Origin: Candidatus Poribacteria bacterium
GTDB lineage: Bacteria; Poribacteria; WGA-4E; PCPOR2b
Assembly (NCBI GenBank): GCA_965208325.1
Contig: OZ242326.1
Span: 2,784,001-2,848,000, forward strand
Length of the DNA stretch: 64,000 bases
Direction of reading: 5' to 3'
Both the position numbers and the translations under genes were made by a program. Under the pieces are notes generated by a model that saw only the letters and a program-made list of their open reading frames with translations, made no database searches and was not told where the DNA came from. Positions 39,977 to 50,269 of this stretch are shown here, one piece after another; position 1 is the stretch's first letter, and every line of letters begins with the position of its first letter.

Positions 39977-40864
39977 TCATGCCGGATTATGGGTTCCAAA
40001 GTCGAACCGTTCAAGATACTCGTTTATCTGTTTCGCCATGAACTTCGCCGACTCTTCGGCTTTATCCGGCCACGCAAAAACTGAGTTGGTCATAACGCCG
40101 TCAAAACCGACCTCCTGAAGCGTACGGAAGAACATCTCCCAGTCAATGTCTCCCTCCCCAATGTTTAGATGTTGATGAATGCGGACTGGGGATTCAAGAG
40201 GATTGACGATATAACGAACCGGAATCCGGTGATCGAGCGTATCGGCGACATGGACGTGATCCAGTACCGGCGCCGCGTAGCGAATCATCTCGGTCATATT
40301 ACCGCCCATGTGGTAAGTGTGGGGCGCACAATACAGGTATCTGACATTAGGCGACCCAATCGCACGGATAATGTCTACTGCACTATTTCCGTCTTCAACA
40401 AAGTCGCCCGGATGCGGTTCAATCGCCATGGTGATGTTTTCCCGTTCAAGAATAGGAACAATATCCTCCATGGATCGCCAGAACGCTGCGTCACACGCTT
40501 CCGGGGTGTCCGGGTTGCCGCTAAACTCCGAGTTGAGGTGGGAGCACTCGAGTTCAACTGCCACCTGAATCGCTTTTTCCCAGTAGTTGACAGCCGCTGC
40601 GCGCGCTTCGGCGTTGTCGGGTTCAGACCACCGGTACACTGTCCACATGGAGGCTAGTCCGACGTTGTAGTTGCGCAACGCACGCTTCAACTCGGCAACA
40701 TTATCTCGATTTGCTCTGGGGCTTATGAACAAGGGCAAGAAATCGTCGCGCGGTGACAGTTCAATCCACTGGTGTTGGGTTTCAGCGGCGAACCGGCAAA
40801 CTTCAGTCAGCGAACGGTCTCGTATCATCCAGGGGTCAAGCGCAATTTGCATGTGTCTTCTCAA
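39977..40864 (-). CDS. Sugar phosphate isomerase/epimerase (IolH-like TIM barrel)
   Basis: IALDP, IEPHPGDF, YCAPH, HVHVAD, RYIVNP..HQHL.IGEG. Confidence 0.85.
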   Translation of the reverse strand: MRRHMQIALDPWMIRDRSLTEVCRFAAETQHQWIELSPRDDFLPLFISPRANRDNVAELKRALRNYNVGLASMWTVYRWSEPDNAEARAAAVNYWEKAIQVAVELECSHLNSEFSGNPDTPEACDAAFWRSMEDIVPILERENITMAIEPHPGDFVEDGNSAVDIIRAIGSPNVRYLYCAPHTYHMGGNMTEMIRYAAPVLDHVHVADTLDHRIPVRYIVNPLESPVRIHQHLNIGEGDIDWEMFFRTLQEVGFDGVMTNSVFAWPDKAEESAKFMAKQINEYLERFDFGTHNPA

Positions 40865-40880
40865 TCGGTAGGTAGGCGGC

Positions 40881-41945
40881 TTAGTCAGTTGATTCGTTTT
40901 CGTGTACGCCGTACTTCTTGCCGTGTTCCAAGATTAACGTCCAAACTGTAGCCGGCAGTTCAATCCCTTCTCGCGCTTGCCTTTCTTCAGCCTGCCGCTC
41001 CGGGTCGCCGGGAACAAGCACTTCGGAAAAACCGGGCGCTGGCGGGATGGATCGAATCCCCGCAAGAAAATCGTTGACAGCTTGTTGGTACGCGTCCAGC
41101 GGTTGAAAAACGCTAATGTCAATTGCTTGGAAGAAGGTGCCGCCCATCCGTTCCGAGTCGGGGCTAACCGCTGCAAGACCGCCAATCAAACACGTCAGCA
41201 GAGAGAATGCATATCCCTTATAACCGCCGAAGACAAGCATGTTTCCGCCCTCAAAAAAGTCGCCGGGATTGACGCTCGGCTGTCCGTGCTTGTCAATAAT
41301 GCACCCCGGCGGAAGCTCTGTTCCCTTAACACGGGCGAGGTGAATTTTTGCGCCGGAGAGCATTGTGGTTGCAAAATCGGAAATAAAGTGATTGCCATCC
41401 GCGGATGGCACTCCGAGCGCGATGGGATTAGTCGACAGCGTTCCCTTGGCACCGCCGAACGGCGCGGCGTCGCCCGGTTCTTCTCCTCCCCAGCCCGATG
41501 TTACCATGCCGATAAAACCCTTTGCAGCAGCCTGTTCGACAAACTCCCCGAGTCGGCCGATATGATGTGTGCGCGTAAGGCTTACGGCGCCCATCCCGGT
41601 GGCGCGGGCTTTTTCCATTGCCAAATCCATACACCATCGTCCAGCATAATGCCCCCAACCTACATGACCGTCGACGAGAGCCGTGCTCGCCGTTTCACGG
41701 ACAAGCTCCGGCATCCCGTCTGGAATTAGCCTCGCCTTTTCTATCGCATCTATATAGCCCGGCCGAGCCGGTTCTGTGTAGGTGGGGATTTGCGATACAC
41801 CGTGTGAGGTGTGCCCTTTAAGGTCAGAGTTTACCAGGATTTGGGCAACGACCTCCGCGACCTCGTTTGGCGTCCCAACCGCCTTAAAAAGGCGTGTGCA
41901 ATAATCGCGAAGCGTCGCGGATTGAATCCGAAGCGTAGATTCCAC
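40881..41945 (-). CDS. Ldh_2 (malate/L-sulfolactate dehydrogenase-type) oxidoreductase
   Basis: GHTSHG, HHIGRLG, TNPI, DFATT, GGYKGY, VPGDPE; GTG start after AAGGAG. Confidence 0.9.
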   Translation of the reverse strand: MESTLRIQSATLRDYCTRLFKAVGTPNEVAEVVAQILVNSDLKGHTSHGVSQIPTYTEPARPGYIDAIEKARLIPDGMPELVRETASTALVDGHVGWGHYAGRWCMDLAMEKARATGMGAVSLTRTHHIGRLGEFVEQAAAKGFIGMVTSGWGGEEPGDAAPFGGAKGTLSTNPIALGVPSADGNHFISDFATTMLSGAKIHLARVKGTELPPGCIIDKHGQPSVNPGDFFEGGNMLVFGGYKGYAFSLLTCLIGGLAAVSPDSERMGGTFFQAIDISVFQPLDAYQQAVNDFLAGIRSIPPAPGFSEVLVPGDPERQAEERQAREGIELPATVWTLILEHGKKYGVHENESTD

Positions 41946-42123
41946 GCCAAAATCTCCTTTGAAGGATAGAAGGAACGGTAACAAGGTGTTTGTCTGCAAT
42001 AGGTCAGCGTCAGACAAATAATGCAAATTTCCGTAGTATGGGCTTCCGAGCCGCGACGGTCGGGACAACGGTGTCCATCCTAGAGAGGAACATATTATCG
42101 ACTCAAATCCATTTGCCAGTGTC

Positions 42124-42546
42124 CTAGTCGAGTTCGTCTTCGTCCAACACGCAACTAATCACTGCGGCCACCATCTTCTCGTCGCCAACAGCAACAACGT
42201 CGTGTTCGACCCTTGCGGGTATATACGCCGAACCTCCCGGTCCTACAGTCTTTTTTTCGTCGCCAACAGTGATTTCCGCCTGCCCCGCAAAGATATAATA
42301 ACACTGTTCCCAGCTTGGATGGTGGTGGCTACCGTGCGCTTTCCCCACAGGCCATGTATGGATGCCAACAATTAAGCGTTTCGTGGCAAACGGATTTGAG
42401 TCCTGTTTTTCGTATAATTCGCCCTCGGGGCAGGAAATAACGACTGAATATCCGGCTTCCTCACGAGGAATACCTGGTATTGTATCATCGCCCCATCCCG
42501 TAAAACTGCTCTTCAAATCTTCAAGCGTATGAATGAATTTCAGCAT
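42124..42546 (-). CDS. Cupin-domain protein
   Basis: HHHPSWEQCYYIFAG...YIPARVEH. Confidence 0.85.
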   Translation of the reverse strand: MLKFIHTLEDLKSSFTGWGDDTIPGIPREEAGYSVVISCPEGELYEKQDSNPFATKRLIVGIHTWPVGKAHGSHHHPSWEQCYYIFAGQAEITVGDEKKTVGPGGSAYIPARVEHDVVAVGDEKMVAAVISCVLDEDELD

Positions 42547-42835
42547 AAACGCCCTCCCCATAAATGTCAACACAAAAAGAATTGGAAGCTATTGGCGTCA
42601 GAATCGCGGCAGCGGCATTTCGGAAACGGATAAAGAATATCTTGATATTCTACTAAAATTTTGAATTGATGTCAACACCCTCGATTGAAATTTCGGATTG
42701 AACAACCCTCTACATATGCGCGATTTGATAAACGTGCCCCAGGAGTGAATTCCGTTTCCCAACAACATGTTACGCCGCTGCGACTAACCTTTGAACGCTG
42801 CAGTGGGGTTTGCCGCTTATTTTTCAAACACGCGC

Positions 42836-43351
42836 TTACGGTGGGCCAGTGTAAATCCGCGTGTTTTCCAAAGTATGGGAGAACGGCCCCTGTTTATCCG
42901 TTTCTACGGTAATCGTAATTATTCCCATTTCTGTATCACGCTGCGGATCCTCTAGGATTAGCAAGCGTGGTATTTCTGAACGAAGTAATCTTATATTTGA
43001 CCTGCCAAGTGACCCCCACCGCAAATCAAAAAGTTGGCCATCATAGACCTTTTCGCTCTTGGCGCCTTGCCGCATAGAATAGATTGTAGCATCCGTTATG
43101 AATTTGGATTCGGAAATTGCATTGACACCAACCCCCGGCGTTAGAATGCTTTCGCTCCAGATGAGGGCGTTGCGATTTCTATCTAGTAGAATAATTCGAA
43201 TATCAAGATAGCCAAGGCGATAATCTGATTCGATTCGGATATTCTCGAAGTTTTGGATTTCGCCGCTGCTGCACCCAAATATCGTAATTAGCTGAACTAG
43301 AGCTAACCCGCAAAAATGCCGTTTTAGTATTAAATTGCGAAATAAATACAA
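42836..43351 (-). CDS. Hypothetical lipoprotein
   Basis: Lipobox IFGC; beta-rich 171-aa ORF. Confidence 0.6.
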   Translation of the reverse strand: MYLFRNLILKRHFCGLALVQLITIFGCSSGEIQNFENIRIESDYRLGYLDIRIILLDRNRNALIWSESILTPGVGVNAISESKFITDATIYSMRQGAKSEKVYDGQLFDLRWGSLGRSNIRLLRSEIPRLLILEDPQRDTEMGIITITVETDKQGPFSHTLENTRIYTGPP

Positions 43352-43444
43352 CCTTTGTCACCTGACCTTATGTCCAAACTCTCTACATTAAGCGGACTGT
43401 TTAAACACCCAAAGAACATCTGTCAATCTTCGATGCGTACAGTC

Positions 43445-43471
43445 AAAAAAAGGCAGCCATTAGGCTGCCTT
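43445..43471 (-). terminator. Intrinsic terminator after exbD
   Basis: AAGGCAGCC-4nt-GGCTGCCTT followed by a U-tract on the minus strand. Confidence 0.75.
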
Positions 43472-43598
43472 ACATAAAAACTTACACTTCCGAAACGGTG
43501 GCATCAATTCAACTTCATTTTGCCTTTCGTCCCAATTTCGATTTTCTGGTAAAACTCAATTCCATTAGGACATTTCACGGAAGCATGTTAATCAAGAT

Positions 43599-44015
43599 TT
43601 ACTCATCTTCCGATACGGCTATGGCAATTTCCTGCCCCTCAGGTTTACTAAAACGTTGTTTCGCACGCTCCATCACATCAATAACCACGCCATGTTGGGT
43701 ACTTTTGTCAGCCTTGATGATTAGCGTACTAATCAGATGCTCGTGCGTGGCAAGAAATATATCCATCTCGTCCATCGTTTGCATTAACAAGTCATCAAAG
43801 GAAATCTGACCATCTGGACTGATAAATAAGTTAAATTTCTTACGTGGAAACTCGTGCTTTGTCGCTGACTCCGGTAGCGTGACTGAAAATGGCGGAGGCG
43901 TACGCATGATTGCTGAGACCATAAAGAATATCAACAACAGAAACACGCAATCAATCATCGGCGCCATTTGTAACTCGGTATCTTGCCGACTACCCCGCCG
44001 CTGAAATAAAGCCAT
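43599..44015 (-). CDS. exbD: ExbD/TolR biopolymer transport protein
   Basis: APMIDCVFLLLIFFMV (conserved TM Asp), IKADK..HG.VIDVM. Confidence 0.9.
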   Translation of the reverse strand: MALFQRRGSRQDTELQMAPMIDCVFLLLIFFMVSAIMRTPPPFSVTLPESATKHEFPRKKFNLFISPDGQISFDDLLMQTMDEMDIFLATHEHLISTLIIKADKSTQHGVVIDVMERAKQRFSKPEGQEIAIAVSEDE

Positions 44016-44047
44016 GGTTTTCCTCCTTCTACAAACCTTTCGTAGTG

Positions 44048-44356
44048 TTAGTAATCTGGAATATAATTTCCAGTTCCTTCAGGTCTACTAAAGCGTTGAA
44101 TTGCACGCTCCATTACATCAATTAATATGTCATCATGCGGCCTCTTGCTTGACCTTATTCGGCATTGCTGTTTAAAGCGACCGCGGGGAAATTCGTACCT
44201 TGTTCCTAACACCGGAAGCGCGGTTGAAAATGCGCGAGGCGTACGCGTGATTACTGAGAACATAAAGAACAGCAACAACAGAAACGTGCAGTCAAATATC
44301 GCCGCCGCCTGTAATCCGGTATAACATCAACTACGCCGCCGTTGAAACAAAGCCAT
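44048..44356 (-). pseudogene. Degenerate tandem duplicate of the downstream exbD
   Basis: MALFQRRRS*CYTGLQAAAIFDCTFLLLLFFM..IDVMERAIQRFSRPEG mirrors 43599..44015, with a stop at codon 10 and an internal deletion. Confidence 0.85.
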
Positions 44357-44374
44357 TTCTACCCTTACTTTGTC

Positions 44375-44827
44375 TCACTCCCTCGCGACCATGGCAAAGC
44401 CAATTTTATCAATACCTGCCTGTTTTGCAAGATCCATAATCTTGACTATTTGCTCATGTAAAACCGCACGCTCTGATTGGATTATCAGCATATTCTTGAT
44501 GTCTTCGGGAGCATTAATGAACTGGCTGAACATTTCGTTGAATCCCACGATTTCATCGTTCAATACCATAGTGCCAACACGTTCTGCTCCCGCCGGATTG
44601 GCAATCCGCACGATTAGTCCCTTCGGTTTATTGGGATTTGGCTTGCCCGGCGGCGGTAACTGCACGCGAATACCCGGCATCGGAGAGAATGTCGTTGCCA
44701 CCATGAAAAAGATTAACAGTAGGAACACGCAGTCAATCATAGGGGCCATGTCCATTCGCGGCCCCTTTCTCTCTTTCAGTTTTGTAGAGAGCAATGTCAT
44801 ACGTTCAGGTTTTCCACCCTGAGCCAT
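44375..44827 (-). CDS. exbD: ExbD/TolR biopolymer transport protein
   Basis: MAPMIDCVFLLLIFFMVATTF, IVKIMDLAKQAG. Confidence 0.9.
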   Translation of the reverse strand: MAQGGKPERMTLLSTKLKERKGPRMDMAPMIDCVFLLLIFFMVATTFSPMPGIRVQLPPPGKPNPNKPKGLIVRIANPAGAERVGTMVLNDEIVGFNEMFSQFINAPEDIKNMLIIQSERAVLHEQIVKIMDLAKQAGIDKIGFAMVARE

Positions 44828-44862
44828 TTCAATCCTCCTATTGATAGGTAGTAATACATACA

Positions 44863-44899
44863 ATGCTGCCCTTGTAATTTTGCGTTACAGGGGCAGCAT
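44863..44899. other. Intergenic stem-loop between exbB and exbD
   Basis: ATGCTGCCCTTGTAA-7nt-TTACAGGGGCAGCAT; no U-tract. Confidence 0.6.
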
Positions 44900-44912
44900 C
44901 GAAGCGTCAGGT

Positions 44913-45932
44913 TTAGGCGCTATCCATTTGACCAAGCACCAACTGGTTAACGATTTCGTTTGAGACCTGCTCAATCTCAATTACGTACCTGTTGACCCCG
45001 CTATCAAATAGGTTGTAGAATATGAGGCAAGGAATAGCTATCGTTAGACCACCTGCAGTAGTCAGCAATGCTTGTGAAATACCTCCTGCCAATTGCTGCG
45101 GGTCTCCGGTACCTTCTAGCGCGATCGTCGTAAATGCGCTAATCATACCGATAACCGTACCCAGCAGACCAAACAACGGAGAAATAGCGGCGATTGTACC
45201 GAGTACGGGCAGATTGCGCTCAAGCTCAGGAATTTCGAGGAGACTTGCCTCCTGAATGGCTTCTTGAATTTCTTCCTTGGTAATCTCTCGCTCTTCAATT
45301 TGTGCTTGGCTGTATTTCAGCAAACCCGCCTTCAAAACATTCGCTAATGGACCGCCCGCTTCCTCACAAGTTGAGACAGCTTCCATTATATTTTCGTTGC
45401 GCAAGAAGTTCGTGATACTTGCCATGAACTGTTCCGTGCCAATTTTTGACCGGCTTCTTGCAAAGGTAAAAAGCCGTTCAATAATGAACGTTACTGCCAC
45501 CACAGAGCACAGAGCAAGCGGCCAGAAGATGATACCGAACTTTGCAAAGAATGTGAAAACGGTATCTTTTTTCGTCATTTTCATTTGTACATATTGATCG
45601 CCTCCGGCTGTGACTGTTACTGCCTTACCTTCTCTGTCTTTGTAGCCGTCTCTATAGAAACTCATCAAATAGCGGCCCGGGGGAATGCCGCTTGCCTCGA
45701 ATTCTCCGCCCGTATCTGTTTGGGTTTCATACTGCTCCCCACTGACATCCTTAATGATGACGTTGACTTCGGGGACAGGGTTTGACTGAGCAGAGGTATC
45801 CAATACCTGACCGCGAACAATGCCGGTTGTACTGGAGACATCTACAGATGTTTCTTCCTCTTGTGCAAACACCACCGCACCCTGGAATATCAACAAGCTA
45901 ACTATAATTAGAGTTACACTAAAACGTTGCAT
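44913..45932 (-). CDS. exbB: MotA/TolQ/ExbB proton channel with N-terminal periplasmic beta-sandwich
   Basis: SPLFGLLGTVIGMI.AF, GISQALLTTAGGL.IAIP; signal peptide plus carboxypeptidase-regulatory-like domain. Confidence 0.9.
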   Translation of the reverse strand: MQRFSVTLIIVSLLIFQGAVVFAQEEETSVDVSSTTGIVRGQVLDTSAQSNPVPEVNVIIKDVSGEQYETQTDTGGEFEASGIPPGRYLMSFYRDGYKDREGKAVTVTAGGDQYVQMKMTKKDTVFTFFAKFGIIFWPLALCSVVAVTFIIERLFTFARSRSKIGTEQFMASITNFLRNENIMEAVSTCEEAGGPLANVLKAGLLKYSQAQIEEREITKEEIQEAIQEASLLEIPELERNLPVLGTIAAISPLFGLLGTVIGMISAFTTIALEGTGDPQQLAGGISQALLTTAGGLTIAIPCLIFYNLFDSGVNRYVIEIEQVSNEIVNQLVLGQMDSA

Positions 45933-46037
45933 CTTTTCCTCCCACAATCTGTATGTTAAGGTTATGACTTTGAAAAGGGATTGCACTTCCTATTATAAAC
46001 AAACCCCTGATTTTTTCAAAAGTTTTGAATCAAATTG

Positions 46038-46073
46038 AAAAAAAGCGCCAAGCATTCGATATGCTTGGCGCTT
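46038..46073 (-). terminator. Intrinsic terminator/attenuator between the large gene and exbB
   Basis: 13-bp stem AAGCGCCAAGCAT/ATGCTTGGCGCTT with a U-tract on the minus strand. Confidence 0.75.
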
Positions 46074-46079
46074 CGCATA

Positions 46080-49000
46080 CTAGAATCCCATCATTGCGCG
46101 GATGAACGTCGTGTTCGTCGTCGTCCGCTCAAATATGATTCGCGTCCGGCGGAATCCTGACAATATCACGATGTTGAACCCTAACCACTCTCCGCGCTTA
46201 ATCATTTGAATTTCAAAGATTCGCGTACGAATGTCGGGACGGAATAAAACCGGTACCGGTTCGTCAACAGGGAAATTCGTTAGAAAATTCTTGAAATTGT
46301 TGTCCCGGTTGGTAAACTTCCGATACTGAAAACCGGCAAGAATGTTCACTCGCTGTGAGAACTGGTAATCCAGACGTACACCCAGCACATCCTCACGACT
46401 CCGTATATTGAACCGCAAGTATTCTACCGGTGCTAAATCCGTTGGCACGAATAGGCGCGGATTCAACACGTCGCCAATCTCCTCGCCCTTTCGATCGAAC
46501 TTCTTCGTCCAGATGTATTTTGCCATAGGCGTGAGCGTTAAATCCTCACCAATCTTGTCTACTCCCGGCAAGTCGCCCAACGGTATCTCATATTTAAACT
46601 TGATCACAGTTGTCTGGTTACGAATATTGCGCTCCGCGTAGCGGCGCGGTTTCCACTGGTCGGGATCATAAACTAACCCGCGCTGTTGCGCATCATCAGG
46701 ATGCAGAGGATTTAGACCGTGATCAGGATAGAACGGGAACTCACGTCTATCTCCGGCAACACGAACCTGATCCACTGGCACCATCAAATCCACACGTTCA
46801 TCCAGCTCTGTGTTCTCATCACCTTCTTCTAAAGACTCGTCGAACGGGATATCTAACGCTATCGCATCCTCAACATCCGGCTCAAACTGCTTTTGAAGAA
46901 CTAACAAGAATTTCGTTTCTAATGTCAAATTCGGAATTGCCGTGTAAATGAACTGGAGCGTCGATGTATTAGCGCGTGCGTTGAAGAAGTCCAATTCATC
47001 TGATTCTTGCGTTGTCTCTAATTCACCAGGACGCAGTGTAATCGAGTATTCGGGAATGTCGTCTCGAACGCGAACAAACCGGTTCTGGAACAACATCGTC
47101 CCAAAATCCGGGATGTCACGTTGATAGGTCAAATGCATATATCTCGAATCGTTCTGACGGCGACTCGAAATTTCGCTCTCGTTTAGCCAACCTACCTTCA
47201 GTGTTAGGTTATCCAACAAGTCGTAACTCGCCGCGATATGGTAACCTTCACGGTCAATTCCGTACTCGTACTGCGGCTCATAATCATCTTCAAGCGAATC
47301 AATTACACCGTTGTTATTCAAGTCTACCAAATCCTGAAAAATAGGAGGATCTGCTTCGAATATCAGAAAGTCTTCCTCGTAGTCTAACACGCCGTTCTGA
47401 TCGCGGTCGTCGGCTTGTGGCAATACACCGTCAAAGTCAATGTCATCTGGCCAATCATCGTCATCATCATCATCTTCAACCAAAATGTAATTGATTTCGT
47501 CGTATGGTGAGATTTCCGCCGCCGATTCGGGTGTCCGATCTAGAGAATACGTCTGATCTCTGTCTGTGTTCGCACCCCAATTATGGTACGTCGTCGTGTA
47601 ACCGGGGTCAATATGGTAGAATGTCTCTTCCAAAAAGAGCCTGCCGAATCGTTGCTTGAGGTTGATAAACCACGCGACTTCACGACCCAGTTCCCCACTG
47701 CCATTTTCGTCGGTGCCGTCTCCACCTAGCCGGGCTTCAAACCTTTCCCCCTCTGTCTCGGAGTATGTTGGAAGACTCGTATCGGTGTTAATCACCAGCC
47801 CCGTTGACGGATCTATCGCAATATTCGCTGGTTCTTCAATATCTGGATTGACTTGGCTGAAACTGACCTTGTCTTTTGGAATGGTCGGATACTGTTTATA
47901 CTTGCTGTTGACGGAATAGTGGGCGCGAATTAAGGTGTTAAACAGTGTGCCTTCCAAGTCCACGCCGTACAAAACCGCCGCCCTCGCAGCGCCGTAGCGA
48001 TAGCTTACTTTACGAGCGCGTCCTTCACCCGTCCACGCATTTGGATTCCGAAATTGATTGGATCGATTGCTCGTATAATCGGATGACTGGCCGTAATTGC
48101 CAGGCGCTTGGATGACATCTCGAAACGGCATTTCAATATGGCCGTCTGACGTTTTAATCCAATCCGAACTCACGTCGCCAACGTTGGCGCCGCTAAAACC
48201 GACAACTGAGATATTGTAGTCGCCAGCAGCTATTATCTCAAACAACACGGATTTCACCTGGCGCGGGTTAATTGGATCGTCTAACGCTTCAAGGTTCAAT
48301 TCATACTGCATAGCATCGAAGCCTTCGACGATTTTCCAGTCCCCAGTCTCATGCACCGTGCTGCTTCCGACCGGCAAAATCTCATCGGAAAACACGGTAA
48401 ATTTTTGCTGTTCTTCCGGTAACTGGCGGGCAACTTCACCAGCTTCCCTTTCGTCAACCGTCAGTACCTCAAGTGCTTGCGTGACAATCGTCACTGTTAT
48501 CGTCTTAACCGCCGCACCAACACCGCCTTGGATGTTTTCTTCCGGAAGATTCGCGAATGCTGACGGGTGGTTATCCTCTGGAGAATCATCACGGAATACG
48601 ACCGCAATCCGCTCCGGCGGAGTATTCGCAACTGAACCCAACATCGGATTCTCTACGCGTTCCGGATGTTGTTTTTGAAGGTTAACATACGTAAATCCCG
48701 CGCGGAACACATCGCCCAAAAGTCCCTGCGCACGAAATCCGAGTAATCGTGCATTTTCAATGTGCCGAACCCCAGCATCATCCGAAAAACCGTTGCGGCG
48801 GCCAAAAGTGCCCGCCAGCGTGGGTACTGCATCAGAGAGCTGCGCTGGGTTAGAAATTCGGGAATTGAGCAACGTAAATAGGTGGCGTTCATGCGCAAAC
48901 GAAATATCCATGCGAAACCCATCGAATTCCGTTTTATACATGATGTATCGGTTCGGAAATAGTGTAGAGGGTTTAATTCGCATGTTGTCGCCGATGGCGC

Positions 49001-49367
49001 ACTCTGCATGCCTGCCGCGAAACGTGTCTTCTGTTAATACAGTACGGTCCAATTGTGCAGAGAAACGCTCACTATCGAGTTGGCCCGTCCATCCAACGAT
49101 TAGTTCTCCGGATGGATCGAACAACTTTTGTTCCCGGTAGTTATAGACCTCCGATCCTTCCAGCAATTCCTTACCAAAGAGATCGTAGAAGAATTGAGGT
49201 TCTTCCTCGAGTTGAAATCGGTCAGAAAACTTGGATTGTCCCTCAATGGAAGGGAGCAAGGGCTCTTGTGGTCCCAGTGATTGTGCCCCGCACCCATAGA
49301 ACACTAAACAACTGAACAATCCAGCCGCAACAAACAACCAATCAAGCGAGGGTTTTGGTATCTTCAT
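46080..49367 (-). CDS. 1095-aa hypothetical envelope protein (lipobox, acidic Ca-binding-like repeats, beta-barrel-like C-terminus)
   Basis: FYGC lipobox; DxDxDG/DxNxNG motifs; alternating amphipathic strands ending in Phe; GGAGG RBS. Confidence 0.7.
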   Translation of the reverse strand: MKIPKPSLDWLFVAAGLFSCLVFYGCGAQSLGPQEPLLPSIEGQSKFSDRFQLEEEPQFFYDLFGKELLEGSEVYNYREQKLFDPSGELIVGWTGQLDSERFSAQLDRTVLTEDTFRGRHAECAIGDNMRIKPSTLFPNRYIMYKTEFDGFRMDISFAHERHLFTLLNSRISNPAQLSDAVPTLAGTFGRRNGFSDDAGVRHIENARLLGFRAQGLLGDVFRAGFTYVNLQKQHPERVENPMLGSVANTPPERIAVVFRDDSPEDNHPSAFANLPEENIQGGVGAAVKTITVTIVTQALEVLTVDEREAGEVARQLPEEQQKFTVFSDEILPVGSSTVHETGDWKIVEGFDAMQYELNLEALDDPINPRQVKSVLFEIIAAGDYNISVVGFSGANVGDVSSDWIKTSDGHIEMPFRDVIQAPGNYGQSSDYTSNRSNQFRNPNAWTGEGRARKVSYRYGAARAAVLYGVDLEGTLFNTLIRAHYSVNSKYKQYPTIPKDKVSFSQVNPDIEEPANIAIDPSTGLVINTDTSLPTYSETEGERFEARLGGDGTDENGSGELGREVAWFINLKQRFGRLFLEETFYHIDPGYTTTYHNWGANTDRDQTYSLDRTPESAAEISPYDEINYILVEDDDDDDDWPDDIDFDGVLPQADDRDQNGVLDYEEDFLIFEADPPIFQDLVDLNNNGVIDSLEDDYEPQYEYGIDREGYHIAASYDLLDNLTLKVGWLNESEISSRRQNDSRYMHLTYQRDIPDFGTMLFQNRFVRVRDDIPEYSITLRPGELETTQESDELDFFNARANTSTLQFIYTAIPNLTLETKFLLVLQKQFEPDVEDAIALDIPFDESLEEGDENTELDERVDLMVPVDQVRVAGDRREFPFYPDHGLNPLHPDDAQQRGLVYDPDQWKPRRYAERNIRNQTTVIKFKYEIPLGDLPGVDKIGEDLTLTPMAKYIWTKKFDRKGEEIGDVLNPRLFVPTDLAPVEYLRFNIRSREDVLGVRLDYQFSQRVNILAGFQYRKFTNRDNNFKNFLTNFPVDEPVPVLFRPDIRTRIFEIQMIKRGEWLGFNIVILSGFRRTRIIFERTTTNTTFIRAMMGF

Positions 49368-50269
49368 TTAACATGCCTCCTTGAGCAAATAAAATTTTGT
49401 ACTTGTCAATCGGTCAAATTGACGTCCTTGCCCGCTAATTCTGCGGTAGCAATCTATTCCATCACAGTGGCCATTGACATATAGTTACATCACAGTGCAA
49501 ACAATATATCATTGAGTTCATCTCAACCTAGACTCATTTTTCGCGTCATGCTCTTGTGCTTCCTCGAATGAACACAACATCATGTGGAAAAACCAACACT
49601 AAAGGATACGTAATAACGACATATATAGCCTTTGTTTGGTCGTTTTTGAGCGAAAGCCAAAAGTAAGGATAAAACCATAGTCCTTGAAAATATTAGGACT
49701 ACTATTTTGCAATTTTACCGGAAAAAATCACTATTCGCGATTTAATCCTATGTCACCAACAGCCTAAAATGCTGTCGTGCGGAAAATCATGACCTCCTTT
49801 CATCTAATCGCCTGCTCACATACATAACCCTAAGAGTTGTCTCCTATCGCTATGAGTTCCCCGTTAAGCCGTATGAACGATGTCAATCAACATTTCAATT
49901 AACAGAAACTTTTGTGCATGGTGCCAGCTGACGCCCGTAACAAAGGATATTCAGTCTTTTTAAACACCTGGATAGCCGGAACTATGGAGACAGGGCGTAC
50001 AAAAGTTGTGTGACGGAAGACCTTGATGCACCATCAATGTGAATTGAAACCTATACAAGATAAGAATGCAACTGCAAATATCGTGTTGCTGCCATTCCTT
50101 ACCGCAGCGGGAACTGAATCAAGAGTATTCGTTGGTTGTATCGGCTAGCGGTATCCAACCAATTCTGAAGTTCACAAACTGATTTGATGAATTGGATGGA
50201 TTGTTTGTAACTTGTTTAACTCAATGGCGATGCGTTAATAAATTGTGATCCGAAATTAAGGCGACCTTT

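Noticed and set aside
40977..41729. 250-aa plus-strand ORF and similar shadow ORFs (e.g. 56588..57181, 30397..30867)
   Set aside because: They are antisense to well-supported genes and have no recognisable motifs.
44327..44329. In-frame TGA in the exbD copy as a second Sec codon
   Set aside because: It aligns to an Arg codon of the intact paralogue, the copy is otherwise decayed, and no SECIS-like hairpin was seen.
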